The notes beneath the pieces are model-generated. The model was given only the letters and a program-made list of their open reading frames with translations. It was not told where the DNA came from and ran no database searches. A stretch of 64,000 bases of DNA. Source: Paraspadella gotoi. Its lineage: Eukaryota; Animalia; Chaetognatha. The stretch is from positions 1,223,923 through 1,287,922 of the forward strand of contig CM119264.1 of assembly GCA_051294375.1 (NCBI GenBank), given 5' to 3'. This document shows, one piece after another, positions 1 to 17,780 of this stretch; within the stretch, counting starts at the first letter, position 1; every line of letters begins with the position of its first letter. The translations under genes and the position numbers were made by a program.

Positions 1-8
1 AAACTCAG

Positions 9-2923
<2,915 letters not shown>

Positions 2924-5071
2924 AATAAATAAAAGACGCTTTTTTTTGTTGCTGGTTTTTTTTTTTTTTTTTTTTTAGTTTTTGGTCTTTTTCGCGGAAT
3001 TTTAAAAATAAAACGAGGGGGGGAGCGAAGCGGTTAAACAGTTAAAAAGGGTTAATAAGTCAAACGGTTAATCAAAGTCTAGTTTTAAGGGGAAAGTTAT
3101 GATTATACTTTTATTTAAAAACGGAATTGAAAGAGTATTTTCTCATTGTTGTAGTTTTTGTTAACTTATTATTTTTTCAATTGTGTTCGTTAAATTTGCT
3201 CGTATCTTTTTCTCTCAATCTCTTTCTGTCTCTCTCTCTCTCTCTCTCTCTCTTTAACTCGCTTTCTTCCTTATCTTTTACAAATGAGATTAATATTCAA
3301 ACTGTAATACACTTACAGATGTAATAAGATTACAGTTAATAACAGTTGAATTATTTTTTCTGAAACAAAATGCAATAATATCAATGTTATTTTGTAAAAA
3401 AATTTTATTCTTATAAAAATGTTTAGCATAAAATTTCTTATAGTTAAATTTGTTTTCTATCTTAAAATTGGCTGCCAATTTTAATTTTTAAAATCTTTAG
3501 TGATTTCAAGTTATCAAAATTATAAGTAATACTTAATACTTTAAAAAAATATTCACATTTCTATGTTAGTTTATTTTAATTAGTTTTTTTTTTAAGTTTA
3601 TTTATCTTTTTTTGCAAGATCTTCTTCGATGACTGTTTGGATTTTTTTATGAGACAAAAATGGACTTTGACTCGTGGCGATCAAAATGTTTTATTATTTT
3701 TTATTTTTGTTGCCACAAGGATTGTTATAGCTTTTTTGAGACCAGTGAAGAAGCAATCTCGTTTAGACTTCTTATAATTTGTTTTGTTTAAAAGTTTTTT
3801 GTATCTTGCATATTTTTTTTTTGATTAGTTCATATACATACTTTTATGAATATTTATAACAATTACATCTTGTTTTAAACTTTTTCAAAAATTTACCCCG
3901 CAAAATCTAATGCGCTCAAAAAAAAAGATAGTGGGCATACTTTTGTCTTACAGAATTAAATAACAACTTTTTTCTAATGAAAAATAAAGGAAAAAAATCC
4001 GATCACCCGAATATTTTATTATAAAAATTGGTCACAAAACATCAAGTATTGTCGATCATTTGTCAAGCACGTTAAGCATTGTCAAGCATCGTCAAGCATT
4101 GTCAAGAATCGTCAAGCATTGTCAAGCTTTCATTCTCTTATAAATCTGATAGAGCACAGAATATGAAAAAAAAGAAAATTCATTTACCCGATTTGGAATG
4201 CGTTCACGTTTAAGCCAACCTATTCATCAGTGCATGGTACAACCTTTTTTCCCGAGAAAAGGTTTTCATGTTAGTTTGAATGTTTTAACACATGAATTAA
4301 AGCTCTTGCCAAAATGAATTTAAAAAGGACCCTCTTAAATCCCAAAACTAGAAGTTTGTTTTGGATAACAATTTTTTACGAAATAATTCTATTTAATACT
4401 TTGTTCAATTAATTGTAAATCATACTTTACCTTTGAAAATAAAGATAAAAAGTACTTAAATTATTTAGCTAAATATTTTTGACCTCAGTTCGAGCTACCT
4501 GTGCCATTAACGTCCAGAAATAACCTCCTCCCTTAAGTCCGATTAACGACATTTAGCGTGTAGGACATCTAACTATATCTTTTTTCTAAAACTTTTAATG
4601 TACTATTTAGTACGGCCTCTCTGTCGTTCAAGGATTTAGTCAAAATTTTATTCCACTTTTTTTTAATTATGCATATCCTCAACGTTCCCATTACTACTTT
4701 TTTTTAAAATCGAGTTTTATAATTCTAAAAAATATTAAAAGAAAATAGTAGAAAAACGCACTGACTAAAAATAGATTGTATCCATTGTTTTGAGCTGGCA
4801 TTCACGAAATATTTTTGAATGTGTCTCCAGCTGTTTACACAGCATGGCATATTATTTACTTGTGTAGCTATAATAAAATCCTTGTTAATTAACAAAGTCA
4901 CTATCTTTGATATTTATAAAACATTGATATTAGAAAGATAAAGTTAGCAATTTATGCTATAAATGTACTAGTACTCTAAGACGAGCTCACAATACTAGGG
5001 CCAATCTATGTCAATGGGGTGGGTCGGAAATTTTATTTGGAAACCTTCCCAAATAAAACTTTAAACATTTC

Positions 5072-5415
5072 TGTGAGTCTCTTCGGAGGCGTGGTTCGAA
5101 TCCCACTGCTGACACCACATTTAATGAAAAACTCATGGATTTCTAGGGGCGAAATTAAGATGAGATTTTTATCTGTGAATAAAGTGACGGTGAGACAAGC
5201 GCAGGAGTCTTGATCAATAAATACTGAAACTAGAACAAGCTAGGTCTATTTAGAGCGTGGGTAAAATTTACAGTTGCAATGTTTCTGCAAGCTGATTGGT
5301 AGATTCTGGTTCCATGCTTGACCAATCAGGATTCGGCGATTCCATTTCCGCGGAGATCTCCCGAGTCTCCGATCTGATTTGCTTTTTTTGGTGGCTTCAT
5401 ACTCCTGCGATGACA
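5072..5415 (-). mobile_element. Solo LTR containing a tRNA-Leu 3'-half complement (second copy 12747-13089)
   Basis: On the minus strand it reads TGTCATCGCAGGA...GAGACTCACA, with CCAAT boxes, TAAATA and (in copy 2) AATAAA. It interrupts a host repeat seen uninterrupted at ~19045-19340. 5076-5117 matches the tRNA-Leu variable arm, T arm and acceptor strand plus CCA. Confidence 0.65.
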
Positions 5416-6664
5416 TTCAATGGACCAAAAATTTCATAAAATGGCTCGAAGCACTAGTAATTAATATTTTAATATTTATTTATAAATAAAAAAATGTAAA
5501 TTTTTTTAAAAAAATGTTATTTTAAAAAGCAGATTCGGATAGTTTATTAAAAGTTGTCTGCACAAAGTATAATCATTTTTTAAATATTTAGCTAAAAATT
5601 GAGAAAAACTTAAAAAAATCATCATATCATCATTCAATGATTTTAAGTTTTTGCTAATTTTTGGTAAGAAAACATCCAAATTTTAAAAAGTGAAATTACA
5701 TTTTTGTTTAACTTTTTATCAATTAAAAAACTTATATATTGTAAAATTTGACATTATATAGCAAGATATAATATCTCCGCCTCTCCCTCTCACTCTTCAT
5801 CTCCGAATAGAGCGCCAAAACAGCCACCTTATCTTCATTCTCCTTAATACCATTCGTCTGTCTTTACTATCAAGGAAAAAAAAAGAGTTTAAAACTTCTT
5901 ATAACAACAATCCTAACTAGCAAAGTACTTTTAAAAAACAAAATAGAAAGAAAATTAACAGTTTATTTTACACATTTTCAAACAACATTTGGAATCAAAA
6001 AAGGTTTTCAAGCTTCATTAATCAACATTATAAAACCAATTAAGTCTGAAAATAATAATTAACTTTTATATAAAACTATAAAGTCAACGACTCTGTTTTG
6101 GAAAGAAAGAGGGTAATGAAAAAAAATTAATACTGGATGCTTTCAATATTTTTCATTGGTACGAAAAGATGTACTAGTTGTGAAAACACTTTCATGTTTC
6201 GTATATTTCACAGCATCTCAGTAATTCTTGTAAAAACAGTCAGCGAAAAGATTCATTTTTCATGATGAAAAAAATGTGACGTAGCATTCACTCATTTCAT
6301 AATCAGACTAGAAACAATATTAAGTACATTTTTAAACTAAAGACCAAAAAAACTGGATATGTGTTCAATTTATTTTCAATTCTAGTTAAAATAACGCGGG
6401 ACGCATTCGAACATGTTATCTATGTTTTTAAATATATATGTATAAAAACTAAACACAATCAAAAACGGAATATTGCAATTTTTTTTTCAAAAAATAATAC
6501 TAAAAATATAGATAATAGCGCAGATCTACAAAAATCCATAAAATCTACTATAATAAAGAAACAAACATGGATTTTCAAATCAAACTTAAAAAAAGTCTCC
6601 ACTTAAACTTTCATCAAAAATTCCGATGTACATAAACAAACAAACTAACAATATTAAATTCTCT

Positions 6665-7775
6665 TTAATCGGATTTATCTTAGTTTTTTTCATTCCTGGA
6701 ATCGGAGGTCGTGAACTTTCTTGGCAACGGCAGCACCGAGATTGTAACCCTAATTAATAATGATACTATTATCAATGGGAATAGTAATGTTAATTTGTAT
6801 AAAAACGTGTTTTTCAGAAATGTGCGAGTCCGTCCGTTTCAAATACATTATGTTGTGGGCAGCAGACTTAAAGCTGCCTCACTGCTGTCCGTCCGCAACC
6901 TCGTCTCAATGGCTGAGCAGGCTAAATCTTCTCATTCCATCCGTGCGTCCCGGGTTCAATCCCTGGGTATCGGTTCTGGCTTATATGTGACGGTGCCGGT
7001 ATAAACATGCCAGAGACAGGAGGCGGTCACTGAGGGTCCGCAGCCCCTACGCCAGTTGGTGAGATACCTCGCGCCCCGGTATCACAGGCTATCCTCCCGT
7101 TGCCATAATGTCTCTCTTAGTCTTATTGTCGTCATGTTCTTCTCTCTGCCTTTTTTTTCTTTCTTTCTATCCTTTTTTCTTTATTTATGTCCTTCTCTCT
7201 TCTTTCTATTTATCTTCATTCATCTCACCTTAGACGCCGTCCATTTGACGCACCGAAACCGTAACCTGCGGCGCCAGTGACGGCGCCCGCCGCAGTGGCC
7301 AGCGACGCCAGTTACAGCGCCGCCGCGGTGCCAACGACGCCGCTGCCCAGACGCCACAGCAGACCCGGTTGGGTCTGAGGTTGTGGCGGCGGCGACGGTG
7401 CCGCTGACTCGGCGAAAACCGTCTTGCGACAAAGAAAGGGGCTGAAAGAAAATGTTGTTGTTGTATATATAATAGTTGACTCTCCTTTCTGGGAGTGCTC
7501 TATTTCTTAGAATTAATGTTAACCTTATTATTTAACCTAATTTGCTTTTAAGCTTATGAACCGAATCCTAACTCTAATCCCTCTAATTACTCTAAATTCT
7601 AATTTAAAAATGAAATAGGGCGTTCGGGGAAAAATAAGGCCAATAGTTTCAGTATTCGTTCTACTATATTACAAATATAATGCGCTTATGTTCATTCGAA
7701 ATATTTAATTTTTTTATAATAGTTTGGTCACCTGGTTTGTAAATTGGGAAGGCGGAAGCTCCGTCTCGGCGACAT
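6665..7775 (-). CDS. TMEM263: TMEM263 (UPF0444), copy 1 with indel errors
   Basis: The same three exons as 14355-15251, broken by several single-base indels. Confidence 0.7.
6854..7111 (+). mobile_element. tRNA-derived SINE, present only in copy 1
   Basis: A box TGGCTGAGCAGG, B box GGTTCAATCCC, flanked by ATGT, absent at the equivalent site ~14548. Its 3' part recurs at ~53138-53258. Confidence 0.75.
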
Positions 7776-8471
7776 TTCTAGAAATTGTAATTAGAAGAAC
7801 GAACAAATACAATTTATTTAATTTTATTTAATTTTTTTATTACATTTATGAGGATTTTAGTTTAATCGTTCGTGACGGAATAAAAAAATGATGAGAAGAA
7901 TTTTTCTTTCCATATAAAATTTTAAAAAAATCTTCATAGTTGCGGTTTTCACTGTATTCTTAGTATATTTATTAATAACACTCACATTTTCATATTACAT
8001 GTTACGCATTATACATGAAATTGATAAATCAATATAAGATTATCCATTAATTTAATAAATAAGCTATCTTGCCCCTGACTTCGGACAGGCTTTGGTGGTT
8101 TAAGGCCTCCATCACACTACTCTTACTCTCTGCAAGATTTCAATCAAGACATATTAGTGAAGAGACAGTATCATTGTTATGAGTTAATGACAGAACCGTT
8201 CAATATAACCAGTCCCTTAACACCGTGTTACGGCGGTTAAGCGCCCTGTCCCTCTTAACTGCAAGGGACCACCGGCTAGAACCCCGATCTTTGGGTTGGA
8301 GGCGAATGGCCGCTGATGAACGGTTGGTGATTTTGTCCACCATATTAGAAACAATAACGTCATCCAAAAGTATTTTAACATTCCATTCATTAANNNNNNN
8401 NNNNNNNNNNNNNNNNNNGATTCATAGTGTTTAATCATGTTTCCATTTCTCCATATTTGCCCGACTATAAG

Positions 8472-10597
<2,126 letters not shown>

Positions 10598-13500
10598 AAT
10601 AAATAAAAGACGCTTTTTTTTGTTGCTGGTTTTTTTTTTTTTTTTGATCTTTTCGCGGAATTTTAAAAATAAAAACGAGGGGGGGAGCGAAGCGGTTAAA
10701 CAGTTAAAAAAGGGTTAATAAGTCAAACGGTTAATCAAAGTCTAGTTTTAAGGGGAATGTTATTGATTATACTTTTATTTTAAAAACGGAATTGAAAGAG
10801 TATTTTCTCATTGTTGTAGTTTTTGTTAACTTATTATTTTTTCAATTGTGTTCGTTAAAATTTGCTCGTATCTTTTTCTCTCAATCTCTTTCTGTCTCTC
10901 TCTCTCTCTCTCTCCTTTAACTCGCTTTCTTCCTTATCTTTTACAAATGAGATTAATATTCAAACTGTAATACACTTACAGATGTAATAAGATTACAGTT
11001 AATAACAGTTGAATTATTTTTTCTGAAACAAAATGCAATAATATCAATGTTATTTGTAAAAAAATTTTTATTCTCATAAAAATGTTTAGCATAAAAATTC
11101 TTATAGTTTAATTTGTTTTCTTTCTTAAAATTGGCTGCCAATTTTAATTTTTAAAATCTTCAGTGATTTTTAATAAGTTATCAAAATTATAAGTAATACT
11201 TAATACTTTAAAAAATATTCATATTTCTAATGTTAGTTTATTTTAATTAGTTTTTTTTTAAAGTTTATTTATCTTTTTTTGCGAGATCTTCTTCGATGAC
11301 TGTTTGGATTTTTTTTATGAGACAAAAATGGACTTTGACTCGTGGCGATCAAAATGTTTTATTATTTTTTTAGTTTTGTTGCCACAAGGATTGTTATAGC
11401 TTTTTTGAGACCAGTGAAGAAGCAATCTCGTTTAGACTTCTTATAATTTGTTTTGTTTAAATGTTTTTTGTATCTCGGCATATTTTTTTTTTGATTAGTT
11501 CATATACATACTCTTATTGAATATTTATAACAATTACATCTTGTTTTAAACTTTTTCAAAATTTACCCCGCAAAATCTAATGCGCTCAAAAAAAAAGATA
11601 GTGGGCATACTTTGTCTTACAAAATTAAAATACAACTTTTTTCTAATGAAAAATGAAGGAAAAAAATCCGATCACCGAATATTTTATTATAAAAAATTGG
11701 TCACAAAACATCAAGTATTGTCGATCATTGTCAAGCATCGTTAAGCATTGTCAAGCATCGTCAAGCATTGTCAAGAATCGTCAAGCATTGTCAAGCTTTC
11801 ATTCTCTTATAAATCTGATAAGAGCACAGAATATGAAAAAAAAAAGAAAATTTATTTACCCGATTTGGAATGCGTTCACGTTTAAGCCAACCTATTCATC
11901 AGTGCATGGTACAACCTTTTTTCCCGAGAAAAGGTTTTCATGTTAGTTTGAATGTTTTAACACATGAATTAAAGCTCTTGCCAAATGAATTTTAAAAAGG
12001 ACCCTCTTAAATCCCCAAAACTAGAAGTTTGTTTTGGATAACAATTTTTTACAAATAATTCTATTTAATACTTTGTTCAATTAAATTGTAAATCATACTT
12101 TACCTTTGAAAATAAAGATAAAAAGTACTTAAATTATTTAGCTAAATATTTTTGACCTCAGTTCAAGCTACCTGTGCCATTAACGTCCAGAAATAACCTC
12201 CTCCCCTTAAGTCCGATTAACGACATTTAGCGTGTAGGACATCTAACTATATCTTTTTTCTAAAACTTTTAATGTACTATTTAGTACGGCCTCTCTGTCG
12301 TTCAAGGATTTAGTCAAAATTTTATTCCACTTTTTTTTAATTATGCATATCCTCAACGTTCCCATTACTATTTTTTTTTAAAAATCGAGTTATTATAATT
12401 CTAAAAATATTAAAAGAAAATAGTAGAAAAACGCACTGACTAAAAATAGATTGTATCCATTGTTTTGAGCTGGCATTCACGAAATATTTTTGAATGTGTC
12501 TCCAGCTGTTTACACAGCATGGCATATTATTTACTTGTGTAGCTATAATAAAATCCTTGTTAATTAACAAAGTCACTATCTTTGATATTTATAAAACATT
12601 GATATTAGAAAGATAAAGTTAGCAATTTATGCTATAAATGTACTAGTACTCTAAGACGAGCTCACAATACTAGGGCCAATCTATGTCAATGGGGTGGGTA
12701 GGAAATTTTATTTGGAAACCTTCCCAAATAAAACTTTAAACATTTCTGTGAGTCTCTTCGGAGGCGTGGGTTCTAATCCCACCGCTGCCACCACATTTAA
12801 TAAAAAACTCATGGATTTCTAGAGGCAAAATTATGATGAGATTTTATTCTGAGAATAAAGGTGACGGTGAGACACGCGCAGGAGTCTTGATCAATAATAC
12901 TGAAACTAGAACAAGCTAGGTCTATTGAGAGCGTGGGTAAAATTTACAGTTGCAATGTTTCTGCAAGCTGATTGGTAGATTCTGGTTCCATGCTTGACCA
13001 ATCAGGATTCGGCGATTCCATTTCCGCGGAGATCCCAGAATCTCCGATCCGATTTTTGTTTTTGGTGGCTTCATACTCCTGCGATGACATTCATTGGACC
13101 AAAATTTCATAAAATGGCTCGAAGCACTAGTAATTAATATTTTAATATTTATTTATAGATAAAAAAATGTAAATTTAAAAAAAAAAACATATATTTTAAA
13201 AGCAGATTCGGATAGTTTATTAAAAGTTGTCTGCACAAAGTATAATCATTTTTTTAAATATTTAGCTAAAAATTGAGAAAAACTTTAAAAAATCATCATC
13301 ATCTTCATCATTCAATGATTTTAAGTTTTTGCTAATTTTCGGTAAGAAAACATCCAAATTTTAAAAAGTTGAAATTACATTTTTTGTTTAACTTTTTATC
13401 AATTAAAAAACTTATATATATATATATATATACATAAATTTGACATTATATAGCAATATAATATCTCCGCCTCTCCCTCTCACTCTTCTTCCTCCGAATA

Positions 13501-14354
13501 GAGCGCCGAAACAGCCACCCTATCTTCATTCTCCTGAAGACCATTCGTCTGTCTTTACTATCAAGGAAAAAAAGAGTTTAAATCTTCTTATAACAACAAT
13601 CCTAACTAGCAAAGTACTTTTAAAAACAAAAAAGAAAGAAAATTAACAGTTTATTTTACACATTTTCAACAACATTTGGAATCAAAAAAGGTTTTCAAGC
13701 TTCATTAATCAAATTTAGAAAACCAATTAAGTCTGAAAAAATAATTAACTTTTATATAAAAACTATAAAGTCAACGACTCTGTTTTGGAAAGAAAGAGGG
13801 TAATGAAAAAAAATTAATACTTGATGCTTTCAAATATTTTTCATTGGTACGAAAAGATGTACTAGTTGTGAAAACACTTTCAGTTTCTGTATATTTCACA
13901 GCATCTCAGTAATTCTTGTAAAAACAGTCAAGCGAAAAGATTCATTTTTCATGATGAAAAAATGTGACGTAGCATTCACTCATTTCATAATTCAGACTAG
14001 AAACAATAATTAAGTACATTTTTAAACTAAAGACAAAAAAACTGGGATATGTGTTCAATTTATTTTCAATCTAGTTAAAATAACGCGGGACGCATTCGAA
14101 CATGTTATCTATGTTTTAAATATATATGTATAAAAACTAAAACACAATCAAAAACGGAATATTGCAATTTTGTTTTCAAAAAATAATACTAAAAATATAG
14201 ATAATAGCGCAGATCTACAAAATCCATAAAATCTACTATAATAAAGAAACAAACATGGATTTTCAAATCAAAACTTAAAAAAAGTCTCCACTTAAACTTT
14301 CAATCAAAAATTCCGATGTACATAAACAAACAAACTAACAATATTAAATTCTCT

Positions 14355-15251
14355 TTAATCGGATTTATCCTTAGTTTTTTTCATTCCTGGAATCGGAGGT
14401 CGTGGAACTTTATTGGCAACGGCAGCACCGAGATTGTAACCCTAATTAATAATGATACTATTATCAATGGGAATAGTAATGTTAAATTGTAATAAAAACG
14501 TGTTTTTTTAGAATGTGCGAAAGCCGTCCGTTTCAAATACATTATGTCTCTCTTATTTTCGTCATGTTACTTCTCTCTGCCTCTTTCTTTTTTTCTTACT
14601 CTTTTTCTTTCTTTTTCTCCTATCTTCTCTTTCTTTCTTTCTATCCTTTTTTCTTTATTTATGTCCTTCTCTCTTTCTTTCTATTTGTCTTTCCTTCCAT
14701 CTCACCTTAGACGCCGTCCATTTGACGGCACCGAAACCGTAACCTGCGGCGCCAGTGACGGCGCCCGCCGCAGTGCCAGCGACGCCAGTTACAGCGCCGG
14801 CCGCGGTGCCAACGACGCCGCTGCCCAGACGCCACAGCAGACCCGGTTGGGTCTGAGGCTGTGGCGGCGGCGGCGGTGCCGCTGACTCGGCGTAACCGTC
14901 TTGCGACAGAGAAGGGGCTGAAAGGAAATGTTGTTGTTGATTATATAATAGTTGGCTCTCCTTTCTGAGAGTGCTCTATTTCTTAGAATTCAATGTTAAC
15001 CTTAATATTTAACCTAATTTGCTTTTAAGGTTATGAACCAATCCCTAACTCTAATCCCTCTAATTACTCTAATTCTAAATTTAAAATGAAATAGGGCGTT
15101 CGGGGAAAATAAGGCCCAATAGTTTCAGTATTCGTTCTACTATATTACAAATATAATGCGCTTATGTTCATTCGAATATTTAATTTTTTTATAATAGTTG
15201 GTCACCTGGGTTTGTAGATTGGGAAGGCGGAAGCTCCGTCTCGGCCGACAT
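14355..15251 (-). CDS. TMEM263: Transmembrane protein 263 (UPF0444/C12orf23 family)
   Basis: Exons 15251-15206, 14917-14706 and 14441-14355 give MSAETELPP...QPGLLWRLGSGVVGTAAGAV...GAVKWTASKGYNLGAAVANKVP...KKTKDKSD*. The PGxLxR and VxNKVP...KDKSD motifs match TMEM263, and the splice phases are consistent. Confidence 0.88.
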
Positions 15252-15591
15252 TTCTAGAAATTGTAATTAGAGAACGAACAAAATACAATTTATTTAATTT
15301 TAATTTAATTTTTTTATTACATTTATGAGGATTTTAGTTTAATCGTTCGTGACGAATAAAAAAATGATGAGAAAAATTTTCTTCCATATAAAATTTAAAA
15401 AAAATCTTCATAGTTGCGGTTTTCACTGTATTTCTTAGTATAATTTATTAATAACACTACACATTTTTCATATTACATGTTACGCATTATACATGAAATT
15501 GATACAATCAATATAAGATTATCCATTAATTTAATAAATAAGCTATCTTGCCCCTGACTTCGGACAGGCTTTGGTGGTTTAAGGCCTCCAT

Positions 15592-15862
15592 TGAAGAGGC
15601 TGGTTTTACAGGGCGCCACACCCGCAGCGGTGTCACCTCGTGGCGACAGCAAGACAGCAAGTTCATGTAGTCCAGAGCTTTGGATCTGGCAGTAGGCCCA
15701 TGCCTACAGGCGGGTTACCCGGTCCATCACACTTTCTACATGACAACCTCAGGGCTCGAACCAGGGACGCACATTTGGATGGTGCATTAGTCCACTGAGC
15801 CACTGCGGCGCTCCGAAAGAAACAGCTTTAATCCATCTGTGGTGATAGGACCACCAGACCAT
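15592..15862 (-). mobile_element. tRNA-derived SINE, present only in copy 2
   Basis: Minus-strand A box TGGCTCAGTGG and B box GGTTCGAGCCC, CCAT direct repeats at both ends, absent at ~8112. Confidence 0.75.
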
Positions 15863-17780
15863 CACACTTACTCTTACTCTCTGCAAGATTTCAATCAAGA
15901 CATATTAGTGAAGAGACAGTAATCATTGTTATGAGTTAATGACAGAACCGTTCAATATAACCAGTCCCTGTAACACCGTGTTACAGGCGGGTTAAGCGCC
16001 CTGTCCCTCTTAACTGCAAGGGGACCACCGGGCTAGAACCCCGGATCTTTGGGTTGGGAGGCGAATGGCCGCTGATGAACGGTTGGTGGATTTTAGTCCA
16101 CCATATTAGAAACAATAACGTCATCCAAAAGTATTTTAACATTCCATATCATTAATTGTTATCGGATATGTATCATTAGGTAAGACGCAAGTAGTTGAAA
16201 ATAGAGAAAATCACTCAGACACTACGTGGCAAAATACAATTTCAAAGCAAGAAACTCACTTAAGCCGCAATGAGTAAAGGATTCGGTTCTCTGACTTTGA
16301 CCAAAAGTTGGTAGGAAGATTCAAAGAGATTTTTGATTTGAGCAGACCATGGTCGGATTGACTCTTGGCAATTTCAACCTGGGCTTCATACTTGACTGTT
16401 TTACCGGAGGTTGACCCGTTGGACCCGTTGTCGGATGTTTGGCGAGAGAGAGCGCGACGGTAGATTGGATGGGCAGCGATCAACAAAAGATCATCCGAGG
16501 ACTAATGTTGGTATATATGCGCTTGATATTTCTGAAATTCTAAATGGGTCATTGTAGAGAGAAAGATTATTTTTTTTGTTGGTAGCTAAGCAAGCAAGCT
16601 ACGAAATTATATCGATAAACATTTATTTTAATTCAATTGCCAGGATTTCTAAGCTAAGATCATCAAATATATATATATCTGCATAGAAGCATTTTACATT
16701 CTTTAGATTTGAAATATTGAAAAATTGAAAAGCTCAGAAACAATTTTTTTATCATAATAGGCGTAGACAAAGTATTAATATTTATTAAAGTATTATTATT
16801 TTTGATTTTGTTGAATTTTAGTATTTGCATGTTTATCATTTTCCAGTCTTTTACACTGTCACTGTTTTTCATTATGTTAATACTGTTTTGGTAATAATAA
16901 AAAATGTGTCACTGTTGTATGTCAATATCGTTTATTAATAAAAACAAAATTGGCCAAATATAAAATATTTTCATAAAGTGTTGCATGTAAAAATTTGATT
17001 AATTAATTTTGAATAGTTAATTGACTAATTTATTAACTGATAAACTATTTGATATTTTGATTAATTAATACATCTTGCATATACATTTATTAAAAAAAAA
17101 ATAATAAATAATAAAAATAAAAATAATCAATTAGTGAAATAGGTTTTTTGTTTTTTTCCATTTAAACTCATTTCCGCTCAGACAATTCCATCGAAACTTT
17201 ATTTCCTTCTTAATAACACACTTGCCTACCCACATACAAAATTTCAAGTCAGTCGCCCCGTCCACTGATGAGTAATTGACGTTCGAATAGTGAAATAGAT
17301 TTTGTTGTTTTTTCCATTTAAACTCATTTCCACTCGCATAATGTGGATATTATGAATTAGATTATAACTTTAAAAAAAATAATACTTGGCAGATACAATT
17401 CCAGTCTTTTTAAGTTCTTGTTGATACCGTTACTGTTTTTGTATTTATAATTGTGTTAATGTCGTTTTGTTATAAATAAAAAAAACAACTTTAAATTCAG
17501 ATATTTACGCTCTCAAAAATAAAATGTCAGGGCTCAATTCAGATAAAAATTAATATAAACTCATTAACAATTAGTAAATATATCAACCCAACATGCCATA
17601 AACAAAAAATGTTAATGAGAATTTAGTAGAAAGGTTTATTAAAATTTATGTACATATAAATTTACATTAAATAAAAAATATATTGAAAAATAAAACTTTT
17701 CTATAATTTATTTAATCCCATGTCATCAGTTGAGGATTTTTTTAAAATTTTTTAATTTTTTATTTTTAATTTTTAATTTT

